In this document: positions 1 through 7,824 of the stretch, one piece after another
How positions within the stretch are numbered: position 1 is the stretch's first letter
How the letters are laid out: each line of letters begins with the position of its first letter
DNA from: Giardia intestinalis
Lineage: Eukaryota
DNA: 64,000 bases
Direction: 5' to 3' (one strand)
Assembly (NCBI GenBank): GCA_000002435.2
Contig: CM018792.1
Notes under the pieces: model-generated
Seen by the model: only the letters and a program-made list of their open reading frames with translations
Databases searched by the model: none
Told to the model about the DNA's origin: nothing
Program-made: the position numbers and the translations under genes

Positions 1-242
1 GGGACGGCAGTGGGTGTGTCCTGTGCTCTGTGGGTGGTTGTAAGAGCTGTGTGGTGGATGATGTGTGTGGGGAGTGTGTTGATGGATACAATCTAGAGGG
101 TGATAAGTGTGTGTCCTCTGGCGCCAACAGGAGCGGCCTCTCCACGGGGGCCATCGCGGGGATCTCCGTTGCTGTGATTGTTGTTATCGGGGGCCTCGTG
201 GGCTTCCTCTGCTGGTGGTTCGTGTGCAGGGGGAAGGCGTGA
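1..242 (+). CDS. VSP unit 0, 3' fragment (TM helix plus CRGKA tail); the gene starts upstream of the window
   Basis: Translation ends ...GAIAGISVAVIVVIGGLVGFLCWWFVCRGKA*. The nt sequence is identical to the 3' end of unit 3 (5500-5741). Confidence 0.9.
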   Translation, partial: DGSGCVLCSVGGCKSCVVDDVCGECVDGYNLEGDKCVSSGANRSGLSTGAIAGISVAVIVVIGGLVGFLCWWFVCRGKA

Positions 243-256
243 CTTAGGTAGTGAAT
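242..256 (+). terminator. VSP extended polyadenylation signal ACTTAGGTAGTGAAT overlapping the stop codon
   Basis: Matches the Giardia VSP 3' consensus ACTYAGRTAGTRAAY containing the Giardia polyA signal AGTRAA. Confidence 0.8.
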
Positions 257-266
257 GCTGTACAAT

Positions 267-318
267 GTGTGATAGAAGGTGATAGTGGGTGATAGTGTGA
301 TAATGGAGTGTGATATGT
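267..318. repeat. Inter-unit spacer minisatellite, degenerate 10-bp GGTGATARTG units (~5 units)
   Basis: gtgtgatagaag / gtgatagtgg / gtgatagtgt / gataatggag / tgtgatatgt, running into the first codons of the unit. Confidence 0.8.
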
Positions 319-2076
319 ACAGCAGCCAGTGATGGAGTGTGCACTGCTTGTAACACAGCTAACCAGTACATATTCCAGAACAAGGCTACGACAGTGACCC
401 CTGGTGGGGAGTGCATACTGTGCCATGATGCCACGGGAGCGAATGAGAACAAGGGAGTGGCTAATTGCCTCAAGTGCACGGCACCAGCTAATAGTCCAGG
501 GGCTGCCACGTGTACTGAGTGCATGTCTGGCTTCTCAGGAGACTCGTGTGCTACTCAATGCGGAGGAGACTGTGCCGCCTGTGATAAGAGTAACCAAAAT
601 CAGTGCACCTCTTGTAAGACTGGGAAGTACCTGAAAGAGAATCAATGTGTGGAAAAAAGTGCATGTAACAACAATCACTACCCCGATGACACTAGCATGA
701 CCTGCGTCGCCTGTAGCACCATACAAGATTGCACAGCATGCACAATGGACCAGTCCACGGGGAAGCCAAAGTGCACTAACTGCGGTGCCAGTAAGATCCC
801 CAGGACGACTCTCGACGGAACCTCGACCTGCGTGACAAAAGGGTATACAGAATGCCAAGGAGCAGACAAGGAGCTGTTCATGAAGGAGGACCAATCGGCG
901 TGCTTATTATGCGGAGACAATACTGAGGATACATCTGAGTCCAATAAAAACCAGGGAACTCCTAATTGCAAGACCTGTACCAAGACAGCATCCACTAAAC
1001 CGGTCTGTGAGACGTGCAAGGATGGCTTCTTCTTTAATACTGGTGATAAGACATGTACAAACAAGTGCGATGCCACCTGCAAGACGTGCTCTGCTGCTAC
1101 AGATGCTAACCGATGCTTAACTTGTATGCCCGGATACTTCCCCATCGATAGTACAGATCAACAAGGGAAGAAGTGCGTCCCATGCGATAGTGTGGACGAC
1201 AAGGGTCGCGAAGGGTGCAGTGTCTGCTCTAACAATGGTGGATTCAAGTGTACTGAATGTAAGGTGAACTATAAGAAGCAGTCCAATGGAGATGCAGGGG
1301 ATGACTATACATGTGTGAAGACCTGCGAGGATGAGACTGCCTGCGGGGGTACTTCTGGGGCTTGCGATGCAATAGTGATTGATGCTAATGGAAAGGAGCT
1401 TCACTATTGTTCTTATTGTGGAGAAGCTAATACGTATCCTATAGATGGGAAGTGTAATAGTGCTAAAGCAAATAATCAATGTGATCAAGGTGTATGTACA
1501 CAATGCACTAACAACTACTTCTTGTACATGGGTGGGTGTTATAAGTATGATACAGTACCAGGTAGCCTCATGTGCACTGAAGCAACAACAGCTGGTGTCT
1601 GTACTACTCCCAATGCCAACAATAGGTACTTCCTGGTCCCAGGGGCATCCAACACTGATCAGTCTGTACTAGCTTGTGGTAACCCCCTGGGCACACTAGT
1701 AGGCACTGGTAATACTGCTAAGGCATATGTGGGGGTGGATGGCTGCTCCCAGTGTACAGCCCCGACAGCTCTAACAACAGTTGGTATGACCCCCGCTGTC
1801 TGTACCTCCTGTGACAATAGTAAGAAGCCCAACAGGGATGGCAGTGGGTGTGTAGTATGCTCTGACACCAACTGCAAGAGCTGTGTGATGGACGGTGTGT
1901 GTGGGGAGTGTGTTGATGGATACAATCTAGAGGGTGATAAGTGTGTGTCCTCTGGCGCCAACAGGAGCGGCCTCTCCACGGGGGCCATCGCGGGGATCTC
2001 CGTTGCTGTGATTGTTGTTATCGGGGGCCTCGTGGGCTTCCTCTGCTGGTGGTTCGTGTGCAGGGGGAAGGCGTGA
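310..2076 (+). CDS. VSP unit 1 (588 codons of open frame, CXXC-rich, GGCY motif, TM plus CRGKA) without ATG or signal peptide; likely silent cassette or pseudogene
   Basis: The open frame starts right after an in-frame TAA (301-303); the first codon used by the ORF track is GTG. There is no in-frame ATG until about codon 71 (CTECMSGF), no hydrophobic N-terminus and no PyAATGTT Inr. The C-terminus is the canonical VSP TM plus CRGKA. Confidence 0.85.
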   Translation: MICTAASDGVCTACNTANQYIFQNKATTVTPGGECILCHDATGANENKGVANCLKCTAPANSPGAATCTECMSGFSGDSCATQCGGDCAACDKSNQNQCTSCKTGKYLKENQCVEKSACNNNHYPDDTSMTCVACSTIQDCTACTMDQSTGKPKCTNCGASKIPRTTLDGTSTCVTKGYTECQGADKELFMKEDQSACLLCGDNTEDTSESNKNQGTPNCKTCTKTASTKPVCETCKDGFFFNTGDKTCTNKCDATCKTCSAATDANRCLTCMPGYFPIDSTDQQGKKCVPCDSVDDKGREGCSVCSNNGGFKCTECKVNYKKQSNGDAGDDYTCVKTCEDETACGGTSGACDAIVIDANGKELHYCSYCGEANTYPIDGKCNSAKANNQCDQGVCTQCTNNYFLYMGGCYKYDTVPGSLMCTEATTAGVCTTPNANNRYFLVPGASNTDQSVLACGNPLGTLVGTGNTAKAYVGVDGCSQCTAPTALTTVGMTPAVCTSCDNSKKPNRDGSGCVVCSDTNCKSCVMDGVCGECVDGYNLEGDKCVSSGANRSGLSTGAIAGISVAVIVVIGGLVGFLCWWFVCRGKA

Positions 2077-2090
2077 CTTAGGTAGTGAAT
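2076..2090 (+). terminator. VSP extended polyadenylation signal (unit 1)
   Basis: ACTTAGGTAGTGAAT starting at the last base of the TGA stop. Confidence 0.8.
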
Positions 2091-2100
2091 GCTGTACAAT

Positions 2101-2152
2101 GTGTGATAGAAGGTGATAGTGGGTGATAGTGTGATAATGGAGTGTGATATGT
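2101..2152. repeat. Inter-unit spacer minisatellite (~5 units), identical to the 267-318 spacer
   Basis: Same sequence at the +1834 offset. Confidence 0.8.
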
Positions 2153-3910
2153 ACAGCAGCCAGTGATGGAGTGTGCACTGCTTGTAACACAGCTAACCAG
2201 TACATATTCCAGAACAAGGCTACGACAGTGACCCCTGGTGGGGAGTGCATACTGTGCCATGATGCCACGGGAGCGAATGAGAACAAGGGAGTGGCTAATT
2301 GCCTCAAGTGCACGGCACCAGCTAATAGTCCAGGGGCTGCCACGTGTACTGAGTGCATGTCTGGCTTCTCAGGAGACTCGTGTGCTACTCAATGCGGAGG
2401 AGACTGTGCCGCCTGTGATAAGAGTAACCAAAATCAGTGCACCTCTTGTAAGACTGGGAAGTACCTGAAAGAGAATCAATGTGTGGAAAAAAGTGCATGT
2501 AACAACAATCACTACCCCGATGACACTAGCATGACCTGCGTCGCCTGTAGCACCATACAAGATTGCACAGCATGCACAATGGACCAGTCCACGGGGAAGC
2601 CAAAGTGCACTAACTGCGGTGCCAGTAAGATCCCCAGGACGACTCTCGACGGAACCTCGACCTGCGTGACAAAAGGGTATACAGAATGCCAAGGAGCAGA
2701 CAAGGAGCTGTTCATGAAGGAGGACCAATCGGCGTGCTTATTATGCGGAGACAATACTGAGGATACATCTGAGTCCAATAAAAACCAGGGAACTCCTAAT
2801 TGCAAGACCTGTACCAAGACAGCATCCACTAAACCGGTCTGTGAGACGTGCAAGGATGGCTTCTTCTTTAATACTGGTGATAAGACATGTACAAACAAGT
2901 GCGATGCCACCTGCAAGACGTGCTCTGCTGCTACAGATGCTAACCGATGCTTAACTTGTATGCCCGGATACTTCCCCATCGATAGTACAGATCAACAAGG
3001 GAAGAAGTGCGTCCCATGCGATAGTGTGGACGACAAGGGTCGCGAAGGGTGCAGTGTCTGCTCTAACAATGGTGGATTCAAGTGTACTGAATGTAAGGTG
3101 AACTATAAGAAGCAGTCCAATGGAGATGCAGGGGATGACTATACATGTGTGAAGACCTGCGAGGATGAGACTGCCTGCGGGGGTACTTCTGGGGCTTGCG
3201 ATGCAATAGTGATTGATGCTAATGGAAAGGAGCTTCACTATTGTTCTTATTGTGGAGAAGCTAATACGTATCCTATAGATGGGAAGTGTAATAGTGCTAA
3301 AGCAAATAATCAATGTGATCAAGGTGTATGTACACAATGCACTAACAACTACTTCTTGTACATGGGTGGGTGTTATAAGTATGATACAGTACCAGGTAGC
3401 CTCATGTGCACTGAAGCAACAACAGCTGGTGTCTGTACTACTCCCAATGCCAACAATAGGTACTTCCTGGTCCCAGGGGCATCCAACACTGATCAGTCTG
3501 TACTAGCTTGTGGTAACCCCCTGGGCACACTAGTAGGCACTGGTAATACTGCTAAGGCATATGTGGGGGTGGATGGCTGCTCCCAGTGTACAGCCCCGAC
3601 AGCTCTAACAACAGTTGGTATGACCCCCGCTGTCTGTACCTCCTGTGACAATAGTAAGAAGCCCAACAGGGATGGCAGTGGGTGTGTAGTATGCTCTGAC
3701 ACCAACTGCAAGAGCTGTGTGATGGACGGTGTGTGTGGGGAGTGTGTTGATGGATACAATCTAGAGGGTGATAAGTGTGTGTCCTCTGGCGCCAACAGGA
3801 GCGGGCTCTCCACGGGGGCCATCGCGGGGATCTCCGTTGCTGTGATTGTTGTTATCGGGGGCCTCGTGGGCTTCCTCTGCTGGTGGTTCGTGTGCAGGGG
3901 GAAGGCGTGA
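2144..3910 (+). CDS. VSP unit 2 (protein identical to unit 1); start-less cassette
   Basis: 588 aa, identical to unit 1 (at least one synonymous nt difference, 1968 c vs 3802 g). Same lack of ATG and signal peptide. Confidence 0.85.
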   Translation: MICTAASDGVCTACNTANQYIFQNKATTVTPGGECILCHDATGANENKGVANCLKCTAPANSPGAATCTECMSGFSGDSCATQCGGDCAACDKSNQNQCTSCKTGKYLKENQCVEKSACNNNHYPDDTSMTCVACSTIQDCTACTMDQSTGKPKCTNCGASKIPRTTLDGTSTCVTKGYTECQGADKELFMKEDQSACLLCGDNTEDTSESNKNQGTPNCKTCTKTASTKPVCETCKDGFFFNTGDKTCTNKCDATCKTCSAATDANRCLTCMPGYFPIDSTDQQGKKCVPCDSVDDKGREGCSVCSNNGGFKCTECKVNYKKQSNGDAGDDYTCVKTCEDETACGGTSGACDAIVIDANGKELHYCSYCGEANTYPIDGKCNSAKANNQCDQGVCTQCTNNYFLYMGGCYKYDTVPGSLMCTEATTAGVCTTPNANNRYFLVPGASNTDQSVLACGNPLGTLVGTGNTAKAYVGVDGCSQCTAPTALTTVGMTPAVCTSCDNSKKPNRDGSGCVVCSDTNCKSCVMDGVCGECVDGYNLEGDKCVSSGANRSGLSTGAIAGISVAVIVVIGGLVGFLCWWFVCRGKA

Positions 3911-3924
3911 CTTAGGTAGTGAAT
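3910..3924 (+). terminator. VSP extended polyadenylation signal (unit 2)
   Basis: ACTTAGGTAGTGAAT. Confidence 0.8.
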
Positions 3925-3934
3925 GCTGTACAAT

Positions 3935-3986
3935 GTGTGATAGAAGGTGATAGTGGGTGATAGTGTGATAATGGAGTGTGATATGT
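3935..3986. repeat. Inter-unit spacer minisatellite (~5 units)
   Basis: Same sequence at the +3668 offset. Confidence 0.8.
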
Positions 3987-5741
3987 ACAGCAGCCAGTGA
4001 TGGAGTGTGCACTGCTTGTAACACAGCTAACCAGTACATATTCCAGAACAGGGCAGACAAGGTGACTCCTGGTGGGGAGTGCATCTTGTGCTCTGATATC
4101 AAGGGAGCGAATGGATATACGGGAGTGGCCAACTGTCTCAAGTGTACGGCACCAGCTAATAGTCCAGGGGCTGCCACGTGTACTGAGTGCATGTCTGGCT
4201 TCTCAGGAGACTCGTGTGCTACTCAATGCGGAGGAGACTGTGCCGCCTGTGATAAGAGTAACCAAAATCAGTGCACCTCTTGTAAGACTGGGAAGTACCT
4301 GAAAGAGAATCAATGTGTGGAAAAAAGTGCATGTAACAACAATCACTACCCCGATGACACTAGCATGACCTGCGTCGCCTGTAGCACCATACAAGATTGC
4401 ACAGCATGCACAATGGACCAGTCCACGGGGAAGCCAAAGTGCACTAACTGCGGTGCCAGTAAGATCCCCAGGACGACTCTCGACGGAACCTCGACCTGCG
4501 TGACAAAAGGGTATACAGAATGCCAAGGAGCAGACAAGGAGCTGTTCATGAAGGAGGACCAATCGGCGTGCTTATTATGCGGAGACAATACTGAGGATAC
4601 ATCTGAGTCCAATAAAAACCAGGGAACTCCTAATTGCAAGACCTGTACCAAGACAGCATCCACTAAACCGGTCTGTGAGACGTGCAAGGATGGCTTCTTC
4701 TTTAATACTGGTGATAAGACATGTACAAACAAGTGCGATGCCACCTGCAAGACGTGCTCTGCTGCTACAGATGCTAACCGATGCTTAACTTGTATGCCCG
4801 GATACTTCCCCATCGATAGTACAGATCAACAAGGGAAGAAGTGCGTCCCATGCGATAGTGTGGACGACAAGGGTCGCGAAGGGTGCAGTGTCTGCTCTAA
4901 CACTGGTGGATTCAAGTGTACTGAATGTAAGGTGAACTATAAGAAGCAGTCCAATGGAGATGCAGGGGATGACTATACATGTGTGAAGACTTGTGAAGAC
5001 CCCACGGCTTGTGGTGGGACCTCTGGCGCCTGCGATGCTATAGTAATCGACAATGATGGAGTAGAGCATCATTACTGTTCTTATTGTGGAAATCAAGGAG
5101 ATGTACCAATCAATGGTATATGCACCAGCTCACTTGCAAGTAATACCTGCGCCGATGGTGTCTGCAAGTCTTGTGCTCAAGGGTACTTTATGTATATGGG
5201 AGGGTGCTATGATGTGTCGAAGGCTCCTGGTAGTCACATGTGCAAGAAAGCAGATAACAATGGGATATGCACAGAGGCGGCAAGTAATAGGTACTTCGTA
5301 GTCCCTGGGGCACAGACCACTGATCAGTCTGTACTAGCTTGTGGTAATCCCCTTGGCACACTAGTAGATCCTCAAGGTACCGCTAAGGCATATGTGGGGG
5401 TAGATGGCTGCTCCCAGTGCACAGCCCCGACAGCTCTAACAACAGCTGGTATGACCCCCGCTGTCTGTACCTCCTGTGACAGTGATAGGAAGCCCAACAG
5501 GGACGGCAGTGGGTGTGTCCTGTGCTCTGTGGGTGGTTGTAAGAGCTGTGTGGTGGATGATGTGTGTGGGGAGTGTGTTGATGGATACAATCTAGAGGGT
5601 GATAAGTGTGTGTCCTCTGGCGCCAACAGGAGCGGCCTCTCCACGGGGGCCATCGCGGGGATCTCCGTTGCTGTGATTGTTGTTATCGGGGGCCTCGTGG
5701 GCTTCCTCTGCTGGTGGTTCGTGTGCAGGGGGAAGGCGTGA
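3978..5741 (+). CDS. VSP unit 3 (587 aa), mosaic of unit 1/2-like and unit 4-like segments; start-less cassette
   Basis: The N-terminal two thirds are identical to units 1/2 apart from a variant block near 4040-4130. The central block (about 4987-5470) resembles unit 4, including a 113-bp stretch 5286-5398 identical to 7149-7261. The 3' end is identical to window nt 1-242. Confidence 0.85.
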   Translation: MICTAASDGVCTACNTANQYIFQNRADKVTPGGECILCSDIKGANGYTGVANCLKCTAPANSPGAATCTECMSGFSGDSCATQCGGDCAACDKSNQNQCTSCKTGKYLKENQCVEKSACNNNHYPDDTSMTCVACSTIQDCTACTMDQSTGKPKCTNCGASKIPRTTLDGTSTCVTKGYTECQGADKELFMKEDQSACLLCGDNTEDTSESNKNQGTPNCKTCTKTASTKPVCETCKDGFFFNTGDKTCTNKCDATCKTCSAATDANRCLTCMPGYFPIDSTDQQGKKCVPCDSVDDKGREGCSVCSNTGGFKCTECKVNYKKQSNGDAGDDYTCVKTCEDPTACGGTSGACDAIVIDNDGVEHHYCSYCGNQGDVPINGICTSSLASNTCADGVCKSCAQGYFMYMGGCYDVSKAPGSHMCKKADNNGICTEAASNRYFVVPGAQTTDQSVLACGNPLGTLVDPQGTAKAYVGVDGCSQCTAPTALTTAGMTPAVCTSCDSDRKPNRDGSGCVLCSVGGCKSCVVDDVCGECVDGYNLEGDKCVSSGANRSGLSTGAIAGISVAVIVVIGGLVGFLCWWFVCRGKA

Positions 5742-5755
5742 CTTAGGTAGTGAAT
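5741..5755 (+). terminator. VSP extended polyadenylation signal (unit 3)
   Basis: ACTTAGGTAGTGAAT. Confidence 0.8.
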
Positions 5756-5766
5756 GCTGTACAATG

Positions 5767-5856
5767 TGTGATAATGGGTGATAATGGGTGATAGAAGGTG
5801 ATAGTGGGTGATAGTATGATAGTGGGTGATAGTGTGATAATGGAGTGTGATATGCA
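5767..5856. repeat. Inter-unit spacer minisatellite, expanded (~9 units)
   Basis: gtgataatgg gtgataatgg gtgatagaag gtgatagtgg gtgatagtat gatagtgg gtgatagtgt gataatggag tgtgatatgc. This accounts for the 35-bp longer period (1869 vs 1834). Confidence 0.8.
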
Positions 5857-7604
5857 CAAAGGCTGAGGGAGGAGTATGCACTGAGTGTAATACAGATAAC
5901 GGCCTGTTCAAGAACCCGGCTGCAACAGTGACTCCTGGTGGGGAGTGCATCCTCTGCTGGGACACGGTGGGAGATGGCGCGACGAAGGGAGTCGAGGGCT
6001 GTGCCACATGTACGGCACCACAGAATGCAGGAGCAGCTACATGTGATACCTGCCAAGATGGATACTACATGGACTCTCAGGCATGTGTCAAATGTAATGA
6101 CGCTTGTCTGACTTGCGATGGAAGTGGCCAGAATGCGTGCACATCGTGTCCAGAGGGGAAGTACCTGAAGGGTGATAACACTTGTGTAGATGCTAATCAA
6201 TGTGGTGCTGATAAGTACGCAGACAAGAAGACCTGGACCTGCAAGGCATGTGATCCCGACATAGCTGGGTGCACCGCATGTGAATATAATGATGCCACGG
6301 GGAAGCCGAAGTGCACCAATTGTAACGGGAAGCTGATAAGAACTGCTGCCGACGGGACGACAACGTGCGTTGAGGCAAATGGGTGCGCTCAAAATAACGT
6401 CGCAGGTACGCACTTTCTGACCACAACCAGTGACAAGTGCCTACTGTGTAACGACGTTAGCGATACCAGCGAACCGGCCAATAAGGGAGTCGAGGGGTGC
6501 GGCAAATGTAAAAAAGAGAATTCTAACGCAGCCCCAGTCTGCACAGAATGCCTGGAGGGATATTACAGTAGCGGTGGTAGCCCTGTTACATGCAAGCCCT
6601 GTGTAGACAACTGTGGCGCATGCACTGCGGAAGACATGGGGACGTGTACAAAGTGCAAGCCAGGGTACTTCCTTAAGGATGGTCAGAGAACAAAGGAGTG
6701 CGTTCCTTGTAGTGATACAACCAAAGGTGGCATCGATGGCTGCAGTGTCTGCTCGAATGATGGCAATACTTTCAAGTGCACCGATTGTAAGCCCAACTAT
6801 CGCAAGCAGAGCGATAGCAGTCCTGGCTCTGTCACATGTACCAAGACTTGTGAGGATCCTACAGCTTGTGGTGGTACCTCTGGTGCCTGTGATGCCATAG
6901 TGATCAATGAGAATGGAAAGGAGCTTCACTACTGTTCATACTGTGGAGATAGCTCACAAGCTCCCATTAATGGAAAATGCACAAGTACTAACGAGGGAAA
7001 TGATGGATGTGCTAATGGTGTCTGCAAGTCTTGTGCCGCTGCTAACTACTTCCTCTATATGGGAGGGTGCTATGATGCGTCGAAGGCTCCCGGTAGTCAC
7101 ATATGCAAGACAGCTGAAGGTGGTAAGTGCACTGCTGTTAATGATGGTAATAGGTACTTCGTAGTCCCTGGGGCACAGACCACTGATCAGTCTGTACTAG
7201 CTTGTGGTAATCCCCTTGGCACACTAGTAGATCCTCAAGGTACCGCTAAGGCATATGTGGGAATAGATGGCTGCTCACAGTGCACAGCCCCAGCAGGTCT
7301 GTCTGAGGGTGGCATGACCCCCGCTGTCTGTACCTCCTGTGACAATAGTAAGAAGCCCAACAAGGATGGCAGCGGGTGTGTGCTGTGCTCTGACACCAAC
7401 TGCAAGAGCTGTGTGATGGACGGTGTGTGTGGGGAGTGCAACAGTGGCTTCAGTCTAGACAATGGTAAGTGTGTGTCCTCTGGCGCCAACAGGAGCGGGC
7501 TCAGCACGGGCGCCATCGCGGGCATCTCCGTCGCCGTGGTCGTTGTTGTGGGGGGCCTCGTCGGCTTCCTCTGCTGGTGGTTCGTGTGCAGGGGGAAGGC
7601 GTAG
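5847..7604 (+). CDS. VSP unit 4 (585 aa, diverged paralog); start-less cassette
   Basis: Same architecture and conserved blocks (MGGCYD..., QSVLACGNPLGTLVDPQGTAKAYVG..., TM plus CRGKA). GTG first codon and an in-frame stop just upstream. The stop is TAG. Confidence 0.85.
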   Translation: MICTKAEGGVCTECNTDNGLFKNPAATVTPGGECILCWDTVGDGATKGVEGCATCTAPQNAGAATCDTCQDGYYMDSQACVKCNDACLTCDGSGQNACTSCPEGKYLKGDNTCVDANQCGADKYADKKTWTCKACDPDIAGCTACEYNDATGKPKCTNCNGKLIRTAADGTTTCVEANGCAQNNVAGTHFLTTTSDKCLLCNDVSDTSEPANKGVEGCGKCKKENSNAAPVCTECLEGYYSSGGSPVTCKPCVDNCGACTAEDMGTCTKCKPGYFLKDGQRTKECVPCSDTTKGGIDGCSVCSNDGNTFKCTDCKPNYRKQSDSSPGSVTCTKTCEDPTACGGTSGACDAIVINENGKELHYCSYCGDSSQAPINGKCTSTNEGNDGCANGVCKSCAAANYFLYMGGCYDASKAPGSHICKTAEGGKCTAVNDGNRYFVVPGAQTTDQSVLACGNPLGTLVDPQGTAKAYVGIDGCSQCTAPAGLSEGGMTPAVCTSCDNSKKPNKDGSGCVLCSDTNCKSCVMDGVCGECNSGFSLDNGKCVSSGANRSGLSTGAIAGISVAVVVVVGGLVGFLCWWFVCRGKA

Positions 7605-7606
7605 GT

Positions 7607-7621
7607 ACTTAGGTAGTGAAT
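7607..7621 (+). terminator. VSP extended polyadenylation signal (unit 4), displaced 3 nt after the TAG stop
   Basis: tagGTACTTAGGTAGTGAAT. Confidence 0.75.
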
Positions 7622-7629
7622 GCTGTACA

Positions 7630-7692
7630 GTGGGTGATAGAGGGTGATAATGGGTGATAGTGTGTGATAGAGGGTGATAGTGGAGTGATATC
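7630..7692. repeat. Inter-unit spacer minisatellite (~6 units, diverged)
   Basis: gtgggtgatagag ggtgataatg ggtgatagtgtg tgatagag ggtgatagtg gagtgatatc. Confidence 0.75.
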
Positions 7693-7824
7693 TGCACAGC
7701 AGCCAGTAATGGAGTATGCACTACTTGTAAGGCAGATAACGGCCTGTTCAAGAACCCGGCTGCACCATCAGAGAAGGGTAGTGAGTGCATACTGTGCTCT
7801 GATACGACAGATAGAAACGGGGTC

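Noticed and set aside
310-360. Possible cis-intron at unit 5' ends (cttgtAACACAG resembles the Giardia branch/3' splice motif ACTAACACACAG)
   Set aside because: No GTATGT 5' splice site lies upstream. The match is partial and falls inside codons conserved as amino acids (CNTANQ) across units, so it is coincidental.
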